DNA of 64,000 bases from a bacterium. GTDB taxonomy: Bacteria > Patescibacteriota > UBA1384 > CAILIB01. The notes beneath the pieces were generated by a model, which was not told the origin of the DNA, made no database searches, and worked only from the letters and a program-made list of their open reading frames with translations. The position numbers and the translations under genes were made by a program. The stretch spans positions 701,465 to 765,464 of the forward strand of contig JBAXRQ010000001.1 of NCBI GenBank assembly GCA_037131105.1, given 5' to 3'. This document shows positions 10,525 to 21,927 of this stretch, in pieces. The number at the start of each line of letters is the position of its first letter. The stretch's first letter is position 1.

Positions 10525-11552
10525 AGGGCGCGTCCTACTAACGTAACGAAGAGTCCCACTGTGGCACCGACAGCGGCAATCACCCAAAACCGCATGGTGA
10601 CCTTGCTCTCAGGCCATCCCAGGGCCTCAAAATGATGGTGGAGCGGCGCTACTAGAAACACCTTCCTGCCGAATCCCTTTTTAGACACTATCTGAATAAC
10701 CGTGGAAATTCCCTCCAGGAAGGGTATCAGAAGGATGAGAGGTAGCACGATGACACTATTGGTAAGAAAGGCCAGGACGGGAAGCACCATCCCCAGAGCC
10801 ATGCTGCCGGTATCCCCCATGAAGAAGCGGGCCGGATAGATGTTGAACCAGAGAAAGGCTAGCAGGGAGCCCATGAGAGTAGCGGTGAAGATGGCAAGGT
10901 GGGTCTTGCCCTGGACCAGACAGATGATTGTGAAGACAAAGCAGGCCACCATACTCACTCCTCCAGCCAGGCCGTCCAGCCCGTCAGTCTGATTGACGCT
11001 AAAAGCCGAGAATATCACCGTAACCAGGAAGAGCGGCACATACCACGAGCCGATGACGACCTGGTCACCAATGCCGGGAACATACATCGAGTTGAAACCC
11101 AGCTTCTCATAGAACCACCAGGCACCGATAGCGGCTACCAGGGTGAAAATCCAGAACTTATGCTTCAGCCTGATCCCTCCACCGTTATTCCCTTTTCCCG
11201 CCACGTTCATTAGGTCATCAACCAGCCCGATCACACCGGCGGCCACCAAGGTGAACAACGGCAGCCAGGTCTGTGAACGATCAAGGTTAAAAACAATGGT
11301 AAGAATGGCGGTCGTCACCCAGAAGAGCAGCCCGCCCATGGCAGGTGTCCCTTCCTTGCCGGCATGCAGCTTGGCAAATATGGGAGTAGCCTTTCCATCG
11401 ACACCATGCTCACGCAGACGTTTACCCATACGATTCTTATAGAGAAAACCGGTAAGGGCCGGAGCCAGAAGAAAGGCTATCAAGAAAGAAATAGCGATAA
11501 AGAACGATACCTGCTTCAGATCATTCACAGAAATGGTAAAGGCGGTGTTCAT
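10521..11552 (-). CDS. mraY: Phospho-N-acetylmuramoyl-pentapeptide transferase MraY
   Basis: KEGTPAMGG, DD, NQTDGLDGL, FMGDTGS and APLHHHFE motifs; ATGA overlap with murF. Confidence 0.95.
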   Translation of the reverse strand: MNTAFTISVNDLKQVSFFIAISFLIAFLLAPALTGFLYKNRMGKRLREHGVDGKATPIFAKLHAGKEGTPAMGGLLFWVTTAILTIVFNLDRSQTWLPLFTLVAAGVIGLVDDLMNVAGKGNNGGGIRLKHKFWIFTLVAAIGAWWFYEKLGFNSMYVPGIGDQVVIGSWYVPLFLVTVIFSAFSVNQTDGLDGLAGGVSMVACFVFTIICLVQGKTHLAIFTATLMGSLLAFLWFNIYPARFFMGDTGSMALGMVLPVLAFLTNSVIVLPLILLIPFLEGISTVIQIVSKKGFGRKVFLVAPLHHHFEALGWPESKVTMRFWVIAAVGATVGLFVTLVGRAL

Positions 11553-12871
11553 GGGTGGTGTCTCCAAAAAGCTGATTGGCGGGCTAATAACTGTTCGGCG
11601 TGCTCGGGGTGGGCCATCAGTGCCTTCACCGCTCGCTCCAGGCGCACCTTGTTCTGGGAACCCTTGATATAGACCAGGTCGCCTTTATTGACTATCTGGT
11701 CAATCTTGTCGAGCAACTGCTCAGGAGTCTGGAAGGCTAGGACCTGATGGGAAGGCATACCCGCTTCCTCGGCCGCGCGCACCATCGGAGTAGATTGGGG
11801 ACCAACTGCCACCAGATAGTCCACCTTTCCGGCGGCGTGCCTGGCTACTTCGATATGAGATGACTCGGTCAACTCCCCCAGCTCGTTCATATTTCCCAAG
11901 ATAGCTACTACCCGTCGTTTCCTGGCAAACGGCCGCAGCATCTCCAGGCCAGCTTTGGCACTTTCAGGTGACGAATTATAGCTGTCATCAATAATTTCCA
12001 CGTCCCTGCGACCAGGTATCAGGCGACCTCGTCCCGGCGGGACCTGGTAGCCCTGCAAGGCGGTGCGAATAGCGTCAAACGGTATGCCCTGCTGGAATCC
12101 GACGGCGGCGGCAGCCACCAGACAATCTACTTGGTGACGACCTATGAGAGAACTCTCCACCTGGATGGTCTGCATCTGCTGTCGGGCAATCGAATCCATC
12201 TTCTTGGCAATGACAAAGTCTATCTGCACTATCCAGCCCTTCTCGCCTAGTCTCAGGGAATGCCCCCAGATGCCAGGCTGCTTCAGTGCCGACTCTCTCA
12301 CCCCATACCACAGTACATTGGAGAGTTCCTTTCCCTTTGCCACCTGAATAGGGTCATCTGCATTCAAAACGGCCTGCCCCTCGGACTTGAGGCCGGCCAC
12401 CAATGAGAACTTTTCAGCAGCAAGGTCTTCTAGTGAAGCATAGGACTGCATATGGACGGGAACGACGCGGGTAAGTACCGCTACATTCGGCGCCAGTTTG
12501 GAGGCAAGATAGGCAATGTCGCCAGGCTTGTCGGCTGAGTATTCCAGGACATAATAGGCTCCCTTATGTACTCTCAAGCGTGGGGGCATCAGCAGTACCC
12601 GGGCCAGAACCTTGAGCCAGCCAGCCGATGTGGCCGGCGACTGGTCAAAACCACACAGTGACAAAGGAACTCCTATGTCGCTGTTCAGGCCGCCGACAGT
12701 CTTAACCACCTGACGCTTTCCCTTTTCAAGTACCAGGGCAATCGCATCCTTAGTAGAAGTCTTACCAACGCTTCCTGTAACCGCGATCACGACGGGCCGC
12801 TCTCTGAGTACCCGAAGCCCCACTCGTTTCCAGAGCAGGCCGATCACCAGGTTCTTAAGCAGCTGTTTCAT
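11549..12871 (-). CDS. murF: UDP-MurNAc-tripeptide--D-Ala-D-Ala ligase MurF
   Basis: TGSVGKTSTK, LNADD, DDSYNSSP, LGNMNELG and KGSQ motifs. Confidence 0.9.
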   Translation of the reverse strand: MKQLLKNLVIGLLWKRVGLRVLRERPVVIAVTGSVGKTSTKDAIALVLEKGKRQVVKTVGGLNSDIGVPLSLCGFDQSPATSAGWLKVLARVLLMPPRLRVHKGAYYVLEYSADKPGDIAYLASKLAPNVAVLTRVVPVHMQSYASLEDLAAEKFSLVAGLKSEGQAVLNADDPIQVAKGKELSNVLWYGVRESALKQPGIWGHSLRLGEKGWIVQIDFVIAKKMDSIARQQMQTIQVESSLIGRHQVDCLVAAAAVGFQQGIPFDAIRTALQGYQVPPGRGRLIPGRRDVEIIDDSYNSSPESAKAGLEMLRPFARKRRVVAILGNMNELGELTESSHIEVARHAAGKVDYLVAVGPQSTPMVRAAEEAGMPSHQVLAFQTPEQLLDKIDQIVNKGDLVYIKGSQNKVRLERAVKALMAHPEHAEQLLARQSAFWRHHP

Positions 12872-12883
12872 GGGCGGAACGGA

Positions 12884-14671
12884 TTAACGATTGGTGGGCG
12901 GAATCTGATAGTAGTTTAACAGAAAGGTGGAGAGGCGGCCAAAAAGCGGCACGGCGGTACCTTCCGCATAGAGGCCTACTTTCTTGATATCCGGATGATC
13001 AAGTTTCACTAGCATGACGTACCGAGGATTGTCGCTGGGACCAATACCTACGAAGGAGTGGTTATAGGCATCAGGAAGGTAGCCTCCATTCACCGGATCC
13101 GGAATCTGGGCAGTACCCGTCTTGCCCCCGATCTTATACCCTGGTGTGCCGGCCCGGTTATGAGCGTGTTCGACAGTTGCCACCATCATGTCCTTCAGCT
13201 GGTCAGCGGTCTGTGACTTGATAACCTGGGCGCCTTCTACCGTAGCGATAGGTTGCTTGGTACCGTCAGGGTTGATGATAGCGTGGACCATGCGAGGCTG
13301 AACCAGGCGGCCACCGTTGGCAATAGCCCCGAAGGCAGATACCATCTGGATAGGCGTGACGGCGACACCCTGACCAAAAGAAGTGGTCGAACGGCTGATA
13401 TCGCTCCATTTGCTCACGCCAGGAAGATTCCCATCAATCTCATTCTTAAGATCAATCCCGGTGGATTGGCCCAGTCCAAATTTCTGCAGGTAATTGTACA
13501 TGTTCTGATTACCTAGCTTGTCAGCCACCCAGACCATGGCCACATTGTCTGAGTTTTCCAGTACCTGGGTCATGGTCTCTACTCCATAGGCCTTTCGCAA
13601 GGCTGTCTCGATCTTATACCCGTCCACCGTGACCGACTCAGGAAAATCATTCTTGGTATCAGGTGTTACCAAACCCATATCCATGGCTGCTGCCATTACC
13701 AGGGGCTTAAAGATACTTCCCGGCTCCCAGAGATTGCTGATGGCGGGATTATCGAAGACGCCGATATCCGACTGCTTCACCTCACGGAAGGCGGCCGGGT
13801 CATACGAAGGATTGCTGGCCATGGCCATGATCTCCCCAGTCTTTGGGTCCATCACAATAACGGTCCCCCCAGTCGAGCCACTGTCCTTGATTTCCTGGGC
13901 GAGCTGCTGCTCAGCCTCTGACTGGACATTTCTGTCGATTGACAGCTCATAATTGGTACCATCCTCCCCCTGTACGGTAGTCTGCTGATCCAGCGAGGTA
14001 CCGGTACTATCCTGTTCGACGGCAATCTTTCCGGAGTAGCCTTTCAGGGCCGTATCATATTCACCTTCCAAACCGTACTGACCCTTGCCCTGGTCATTGA
14101 CGAAGCCAAGCAGCTGGGCTGCCAACGGTCCCTCGGGATATACCCGCTCATATTCCCTGACAAAATAAACGCCCCCTACAAAGATGAGGATGTTTCCCTG
14201 GGAGGAATCAAAATCAACCTTCTCATCGACCCAGCGCGGGTCGGCGGCACGCTCCAGCTGGTTAATCTGGTCGGCCAAATGAGTCATATCGCTTTGGTTG
14301 AGACCGTGCTGAAGCGGAGGCGTATACTCGCCACCTGCCTTCATGATCTTCAGCAGGCTAACCTCATCAGTGCCAGTGACGCCAGCCAGCATATGGGCGT
14401 ACTCAGCCTTCTTAGTTACTTCTTTTGGTGTAACCGAGACAGAATAGCGCTGGACACTCTGAGCCACTACCACGTCCTTACCGCTGGCTGCATTCTGAAA
14501 ATATACATCGCCCCGGCGGGGCAACACGTCGCGCTGCACTATCTGCTGCTTCTGGGCTTTAGCAAGGAAGCTATCGTGCTGGAGTATGGAAATCGAAAAG
14601 AGACGGGCTATGAGTCCGCTGGCGATCACTAAACACACGAGGACAAGTCCCCCGATCCGTCTATCTTGCAT
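12884..14671 (-). CDS. ftsI: Class B penicillin-binding protein FtsI
   Basis: N-terminal TM, RG.., R.YP, G..GLE, EPGSIFK (SxxK), SDN (SxN) and KTGTAQ motifs. Confidence 0.9.
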   Translation of the reverse strand: MQDRRIGGLVLVCLVIASGLIARLFSISILQHDSFLAKAQKQQIVQRDVLPRRGDVYFQNAASGKDVVVAQSVQRYSVSVTPKEVTKKAEYAHMLAGVTGTDEVSLLKIMKAGGEYTPPLQHGLNQSDMTHLADQINQLERAADPRWVDEKVDFDSSQGNILIFVGGVYFVREYERVYPEGPLAAQLLGFVNDQGKGQYGLEGEYDTALKGYSGKIAVEQDSTGTSLDQQTTVQGEDGTNYELSIDRNVQSEAEQQLAQEIKDSGSTGGTVIVMDPKTGEIMAMASNPSYDPAAFREVKQSDIGVFDNPAISNLWEPGSIFKPLVMAAAMDMGLVTPDTKNDFPESVTVDGYKIETALRKAYGVETMTQVLENSDNVAMVWVADKLGNQNMYNYLQKFGLGQSTGIDLKNEIDGNLPGVSKWSDISRSTTSFGQGVAVTPIQMVSAFGAIANGGRLVQPRMVHAIINPDGTKQPIATVEGAQVIKSQTADQLKDMMVATVEHAHNRAGTPGYKIGGKTGTAQIPDPVNGGYLPDAYNHSFVGIGPSDNPRYVMLVKLDHPDIKKVGLYAEGTAVPLFGRLSTFLLNYYQIPPTNR

Positions 14672-14691
14672 GGGGAAGCTGCTTGTTAGGC

Positions 14692-15078
14692 TTAGGGCTT
14701 CTCGGTGGAAACTCCGGCCACCGTGCCCTTTTCAACGTAATCAACCTGGGTAGTCGGGGTCATCTGGTCCTTGATAGGACTCTGCTGAACCGTCTGCAGG
14801 CTCTGGGCCCGCTTGGCCTCCAGCTGCAGCTGCTCGATATCCTGCTGTGACTGGCTAATCTGGGTCCGCACCGCCGTCTGCTTGTAGGCGCTGGTGGCAT
14901 TGGTGCTGGACTGGGTAAGCATCACGACTGCAAGGATAGCCAGAACGGCCAGACCAAGAAACTTGGCGGTGGTCGGACCGAACTTCACCCGACGCTGCAC
15001 GGTACGAACTGCCTGGCGTCTGGCCGGAGCCCTACGTGTAACAGTATAGCCTGATTTGTGGGAATATCTGGCAGCCAT
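14692..15078 (-). CDS. ftsL: FtsL-like cell division protein
   Basis: Basic N-tail, one TM, coiled coil; lies between mraZ and ftsI. Confidence 0.6.
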   Translation of the reverse strand: MAARYSHKSGYTVTRRAPARRQAVRTVQRRVKFGPTTAKFLGLAVLAILAVVMLTQSSTNATSAYKQTAVRTQISQSQQDIEQLQLEAKRAQSLQTVQQSPIKDQMTPTTQVDYVEKGTVAGVSTEKP

Positions 15079-15101
15079 TGGCTGATCTTCCTTATTCTTG
15101 C

Positions 15102-15533
15102 TTAGATCCCCATTTCCTTCAAGGTCTGACTGGATGAATCGCTGTTAGCATCCACTCCTTCCAGATAGCGTGACCACTGGCTTTCATCCCATAGTTCTAG
15201 ATGGTCATGCAATCCTGCCAGTACCGTCTGCTTGCGCAGGCTGGCAAAGGTCCTCAGGTATGCGGGGATAATAACCCTGCCCAATTTGTCGAGTTCCACG
15301 TCTACCGCACCCGCTAGGGTCTGGCGAACGTAGGCCCGCGCTTCTGGCTGGCTCTGAGGAAGGGCGGCTAACTTGGCGGCGATCTCAGCCCAGGCGGCGC
15401 TCGGGTAACACTTGAGCGAACCGTCAAAGCCCTTAGTGATCACTGCGCCGTCAGCCAACTTGGAACGCCATTTGACCGGCACCTGCAAGCGTCCTTTGTC
15501 ATCGATGCTATGCCGGTACTCCCCAATAAACAT
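15102..15533 (-). CDS. mraZ: Transcriptional regulator MraZ
   Basis: MFIGEYRHSIDDKGR and DKLGR (two DxxxR motifs), 143 aa. Confidence 0.97.
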   Translation of the reverse strand: MFIGEYRHSIDDKGRLQVPVKWRSKLADGAVITKGFDGSLKCYPSAAWAEIAAKLAALPQSQPEARAYVRQTLAGAVDVELDKLGRVIIPAYLRTFASLRKQTVLAGLHDHLELWDESQWSRYLEGVDANSDSSSQTLKEMGI

Positions 15534-15573
15534 CGTGTCGTCGGTTACTGGTTATTAGCCAAATGGCGTTCCC

Positions 15574-15635
15574 CCACTTTGCCCCACTTCGTACCACTTG
15601 GAATCATTATGGAACGGCTGGGGTAGGCCTGTCAA
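15574..15635 (-). promoter_or_regulatory. dcw promoter with three MraZ-box repeats
   Basis: TTGACA (15630-15635), 18 bp, CATAAT (15606-15611); AGTGG repeated at a 10-bp period (15574, 15584, 15594), like known MraZ operators. Confidence 0.75.
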
Positions 15636-15816
15636 CCACTCAGAGTCTATCCGTACTCTTTTTTACGTGCGAACCTGGAATTTTTTCCAGCTGAAAGCCT
15701 GAGGCAGGAGGAGGCGTATCGGATATACGCCGACATCTGCCAAAGAGCTTGCAGGCGGAAGAAGGACAGGTGCAGCAAAGAACACAGAGTGCGGACAGAC
15801 TCTCATGCCGAACACG

Positions 15817-15847
15817 AAAAAGGACTCACACATGTGAGCCCCTTTTT
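15817..15847. terminator. Intrinsic terminator after glyQS (bidirectional shape)
   Basis: AAAAAGGACTCACA-CA-TGTGAGCCCCTTTTT hairpin with A/T tracts on both sides. Confidence 0.7.
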
Positions 15848-15858
15848 GTCCGTAGACC

Positions 15859-17298
15859 CTAGAAAATAAGGGTCTTCTCCAGATCCTCAATCTTCACCCG
15901 ATTCTGCTCCATGCTGTCTCGATCGCGCACCGTTACTGTCCCATCTTCCAAGGTCTGGTAGTCCACGGTCACACAGTACGGAGTACCGATCTCATCCTGA
16001 CGGCGGTAGCGGCGGCCGATGGCGCCAGACTCGTCATATTGGGAGGCTAAGGTCTGCTTGAGCTGCTCATGGATCTCTCTCGCCTTCTCACCCATGCCGT
16101 CCTTCTTCATCAAAGGAAGCACGGCCACTTTGACCGGGGCTATCTTCTTAGAGATATGCAGCACCGTCTCCATCTCGCCACTCTTGCCGTCACGGCCCTG
16201 GGGGTACTCCTTATAGGCATCCACCAAGATGGTCAGCATCAGGCGGCCCAGACCCACCGAAGGCTCGATGACATACGGAATATAGCGCTCGCGGGTTTCT
16301 TCGTCAAAATAGGTCATGTCCTTGCCGGAATGCTCCTGGTGCTGCTTCAGGTCATAGTCAGTCCGGTTAGCGCAACCCCAGAGCTCCGCAAAGCCACCGA
16401 AGGGATAGTTGTACTCGATATCTACTGTCCGAGACGAATAGTGCGAAAGCGACTCCTTGGGGTGCTCCAGACGGTGCAGGTTCTCCTTGGCAATGCCGAT
16501 GTCATTCCAAAGGAAGGCCTCGATGGCATCCAGCCAGGCGTCATGAGCGGCAGCATCCTCTCCCGGCTTCACAAAGTACTCGATCTCAGCCTGCTCGAAT
16601 TCACGAACGCGGAACAGTGAGTTTCCGATGGTGATCTCGTTTCGGAAGGCTTTACCAATCTGGCCAATACCAAACGGCACCTTGCGGCGGCTGGTATCCA
16701 GTACGTTCTTAAAGTTGACGAAGATGCCCTGGCAGGTCTCGGGACGCAGGTAAGCAACTGAGCCCTCATTGACCACGGCACCCATATTGGTCTGGAACAT
16801 CATGTTGAACTGGCGAGGCTCGCCGTACTTCTGTTCACCGCAATTAGGGCAGACCAAAGGCGCCTTCTCTTCAAAAAGCTTGATAGCGGCTTGATTGGCT
16901 TCCTCAGTGGCCTTCTTCTCACCGATGCCGCGGTTCTTCATAGCCTCGTCGCGCCACCTGATGATCCACATGTCGCGATTCGGCTCATCCATATAATGGT
17001 CGGCGCGCAGGCGGATATGGCAGTTGCCACACTCGATCAAGGGATCTGAGAAGCTGTCCACGTGGCCCGAGGCCTTCAGGACCGCATATGGCGTCAGGAT
17101 GGCTGAATCCAGACCCACCATGTCGTCACGCTGGCGGATGAAGCGCTGCCACCAGAGCTGCTTGATATTGTTATTCAGCTCAACCCCCAGCGGCCCCAGG
17201 TCAAGGATACCGCCAGCACCGCCGTAGATCTCGGCGGACTGGAAAAGGAAGCCGCGGCGCTTCATCAGGTTGACTATGGGGTCGAGAGATTCGAGCAT
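15859..17298 (-). CDS. glyQS: Glycine--tRNA ligase, alpha2 (homodimeric) type
   Basis: KRRGF..S.EIYGG, YLRPETCQG, FRNEIT, REFEQAEIE, IEPSVG and IGRRYRRQDEIGTP motifs. Confidence 0.97.
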   Translation of the reverse strand: MLESLDPIVNLMKRRGFLFQSAEIYGGAGGILDLGPLGVELNNNIKQLWWQRFIRQRDDMVGLDSAILTPYAVLKASGHVDSFSDPLIECGNCHIRLRADHYMDEPNRDMWIIRWRDEAMKNRGIGEKKATEEANQAAIKLFEEKAPLVCPNCGEQKYGEPRQFNMMFQTNMGAVVNEGSVAYLRPETCQGIFVNFKNVLDTSRRKVPFGIGQIGKAFRNEITIGNSLFRVREFEQAEIEYFVKPGEDAAAHDAWLDAIEAFLWNDIGIAKENLHRLEHPKESLSHYSSRTVDIEYNYPFGGFAELWGCANRTDYDLKQHQEHSGKDMTYFDEETRERYIPYVIEPSVGLGRLMLTILVDAYKEYPQGRDGKSGEMETVLHISKKIAPVKVAVLPLMKKDGMGEKAREIHEQLKQTLASQYDESGAIGRRYRRQDEIGTPYCVTVDYQTLEDGTVTVRDRDSMEQNRVKIEDLEKTLIF

Positions 17299-17432
17299 TG
17301 AAGTGTATTAAGAAGATTTACAGGTATAGTGTAGCAGAAGGTGTAAGAATCTGACATAGCCCAACAGAGAGGACAGATTGCATCTCCCCACATGCTGATA
17401 TATGCTTAAGATAAGTCTTTACAAGAAATCAG

Positions 17433-18050
17433 ATGAGTATCCGACCACTAGCCAACCGCCGACTCTGGCTTATAGGCACAGTGACAGTAGTCATTATTGC
17501 CCTGCTCAGCAGTAGTATATTCATGTATCGCAAAAACCACGGTTCGGCAGTCAGCGTTACCGGTGCCGACCTCACTACCCTCACCACTGCCCCACCCTTT
17601 GTACTTAAAAAGTGCCCCGACCTAACTACAGTCGGCCCCATTACTCTTCGCAATCTTTTTTCCGGAGATACGCTCCCACAGACCTCACGGACCATCCTCA
17701 TAGGACTGCCTACCAGCGCCGCCTCACCTGCTCCCGGCAGTGACTGCACAGACCGTGACCCAGACCTGACTTATTTTTACACCAAGGTCGGAGGGACCAC
17801 TGAGACGCTTATCAGTGCGGCCGGATTCGACACCAACAGTCTCCCCGGGAGAACCACTGTCTCAGCCGACTGGGACATCGCCTCACTTGCTCTAGGCGCC
17901 TACAAGATAACTGCCCGTAACGCGGCAGGCACGGTACTGCTTCCACCCGTGACGGTCAACATCATCGACCCAAGCCCGACCGATCTTAATCTTCTCTGTT
18001 TCTCAGCAAGCTGTGACGCACCACCCTATGACCCCATTACCAATGACTAA
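17433..18050 (+). CDS. Hypothetical membrane-anchored protein (Ig-like C-terminal part possible)
   Basis: N-terminal TM, Thr/Pro-rich, WD...L..G.YKITAR beta-rich segment; TTGCAT..TAAGAT-like promoter elements upstream. Confidence 0.6.
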   Translation: MSIRPLANRRLWLIGTVTVVIIALLSSSIFMYRKNHGSAVSVTGADLTTLTTAPPFVLKKCPDLTTVGPITLRNLFSGDTLPQTSRTILIGLPTSAASPAPGSDCTDRDPDLTYFYTKVGGTTETLISAAGFDTNSLPGRTTVSADWDIASLALGAYKITARNAAGTVLLPPVTVNIIDPSPTDLNLLCFSASCDAPPYDPITND

Positions 18051-18729
18051 GTCTCGACCCACTTCCTCACTCTGGCTGCGCGTCATGGCAACGATATTGT
18101 GCCTAGGCGCCAGCCTCTCTCAGCTACCGGCTCCCCTCCAAGCCCGCCAAAGGCCAAAGCTGCGCGCAGACTATCACATCACTCTCCATACCGCCATGCA
18201 GACCCACCATCTGTGCAATCGTTTCGCCATTGACGCCGTCCTTACCTATATCCGCTCAGGTCACAATGCTAATCCTTCCTGCAGCCCGCCCCTGCTCAAC
18301 TTTGCCGATGCACCAGCCAAGTTCAACTCGGTTGATCCTGACAGCATCGCCGGCAGAGGCAACTGGAGACTCATAACCGACTTTGACACCCATGACCCGA
18401 GCGACCTCCGCCAGAAAATCACGGCCTCAATCAAAATGCTCCGCCCGGTAATTCTCGCCAACGGCTACTTGAAACATGCAGGCGACTTAACCAAATATCC
18501 TGGTCATTGCTATATAATCAAAGGCTTTCAAATCACCGAGAACGGCACATTCAGGATGTACCTGCAGGACGGCCACAATAGAGCCAACCGCGACTTCACC
18601 ACAAATAGCGATGGCACCAACCCGACCATCCAGCAGTTGCAAGCCATGGGGAAGAACCATAACGTAGTACTTCCCGGCACCGACAACAGCCAGGGGCATG
18701 CGGTAATGCTGTACTTCGAGCCTTCTTAA
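18043..18729 (+). CDS. Secreted papain-fold (C39-like) peptidase, putative
   Basis: Signal peptide; Q-x4-C (QTHHLCNRFAIDAVLTY), RPVIL, GHCYIIKG and QDG give the Cys-His-Asp order of C39-like proteins. Confidence 0.5.
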   Translation: MTKSRPTSSLWLRVMATILCLGASLSQLPAPLQARQRPKLRADYHITLHTAMQTHHLCNRFAIDAVLTYIRSGHNANPSCSPPLLNFADAPAKFNSVDPDSIAGRGNWRLITDFDTHDPSDLRQKITASIKMLRPVILANGYLKHAGDLTKYPGHCYIIKGFQITENGTFRMYLQDGHNRANRDFTTNSDGTNPTIQQLQAMGKNHNVVLPGTDNSQGHAVMLYFEPS

Positions 18730-18733
18730 CGCT

Positions 18734-18763
18734 AAAAGGCTGCCGATTGCTCGGCAGCCTTTT
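18734..18763. terminator. Bidirectional intrinsic terminator
   Basis: AAAAGGCTGCCGA-TTGC-TCGGCAGCCTTTT perfect stem between convergent genes. Confidence 0.85.
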
Positions 18764-18774
18764 AAACAGTCTCG

Positions 18775-19857
18775 TCATTTCGTCCTTAAGCGGTGCAGCA
18801 TATCCTGCATGCGGCGTTCACTTACCGCTATCGCGCCACGGTTAGTACCGTTGTGCGAAGAATCATCGAGAAGCTGATTGGCCCAGGTGGCGCCGTCAGC
18901 CTCAACCACACCTGCGCCGCCTTCCTCCAGCTCCTTCAAACTGGCGAAAGCATATGAATGATAACGACCGTAGAGCATCTGACGGATGTTGCTACGGCAC
19001 TGGGCAGTGAGTAGGAAGGCATCCCTGATAGGTGCCTTGTCCTGATGCACTGTTGCCAGTCGAAAAAGCTCACTGTCGCAGACATGCTGCTCTTCGCCCA
19101 GAACAGCCGTCTCGATTACTGCATCTGCGATACCGCGACGAAACCAAGCAGTATTGCCTGTCTTCAAATAGCCGGTACCCCACTGCTTCCAGTAGAGATG
19201 GTTCTTCGAGTTGGTCGCAGTCGCCGTGTAGGTTCCGTCATCGAACCGTTCGGCAATCAGCTGGCTCCTGGCCAACAGTGACTCGACGAACAGGGTAGAC
19301 TCTGGCCCCCTGGTTATCGCCCAAAGCCTATACGAGGCAGGGGCTGCCATGGTGACATTCTCTACCAGATCCATCCGGTACGGCGCAGCAGTACCATCGA
19401 AACCGTATACCGTACCTTTCTCACGACTGGCACTGATGCGACCCAGGATCACCGATACCACTCCTTCCGATTGAGACGGGTCCACAACAGTCAAAGACCA
19501 TCCCGCTGTTCTCAGGCGCTGTACCAACGGCCTCATGCGCTGGGCATAGTGTCCGTCAGCAATTTGCTCAGGCGTCTGCACGGGAATACTAACACCCTGG
19601 GCACGACAGGCAGTGACAAATTGGTTGTGAAGCACCGTGTAGCGTTTCAAGGCTACCGGCGGCCTTTCAGTAACCCAGGGCCGGTAATCAGTCACAAGCT
19701 GTCTGGCGGCAGCCACAAGGCTGTCGTTGGACGTTGCGGTGACCGGTCTGAAGCCGTGAGGAAGTGTGTACGGGGACGGATGTAAGACCATCCATGTGAA
19801 TACGACTCCCAGCACAGCAACCATGGAAACAGCTATTCCTACACATATTCTTTTCAT
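18775..19857 (-). CDS. Hypothetical membrane-anchored protein
   Basis: 360-aa ORF, GGGGAG RBS, N-terminal TM; no family recognised. Confidence 0.7.
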   Translation of the reverse strand: MKRICVGIAVSMVAVLGVVFTWMVLHPSPYTLPHGFRPVTATSNDSLVAAARQLVTDYRPWVTERPPVALKRYTVLHNQFVTACRAQGVSIPVQTPEQIADGHYAQRMRPLVQRLRTAGWSLTVVDPSQSEGVVSVILGRISASREKGTVYGFDGTAAPYRMDLVENVTMAAPASYRLWAITRGPESTLFVESLLARSQLIAERFDDGTYTATATNSKNHLYWKQWGTGYLKTGNTAWFRRGIADAVIETAVLGEEQHVCDSELFRLATVHQDKAPIRDAFLLTAQCRSNIRQMLYGRYHSYAFASLKELEEGGAGVVEADGATWANQLLDDSSHNGTNRGAIAVSERRMQDMLHRLRTK

Positions 19858-19975
19858 AAACGTTCACTCCCCTTCAATTTTCAAACGCCGTGCCTACATG
19901 GCATCAGCCAAAGATGGGTAATCTTAGCATAATCCAGAGAAAAATGCAAGTAGTAAGCCCATCACAAAATAGTAC

Positions 19976-20010
19976 AAAAAAGCGGCTCCCGTATGTGGGG
20001 AAGCCGCTTT
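19976..20010 (-). terminator. Intrinsic terminator after typA
   Basis: AGCGGCTCCC..GGGGAAGCCGCT stem followed by T6 on the minus strand. Confidence 0.75.
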
Positions 20011-20016
20011 CTCTAC

Positions 20017-21831
<1,815 letters not shown>

Positions 21832-21927
21832 AATAGAGTACAAATAAAAAATGGGCCGATAAAGACCGGTTCTTAGGTCGACCTGACTATAGCCTAAACC
21901 TGAGAAAATGTCCAGGCTTATACCCAA

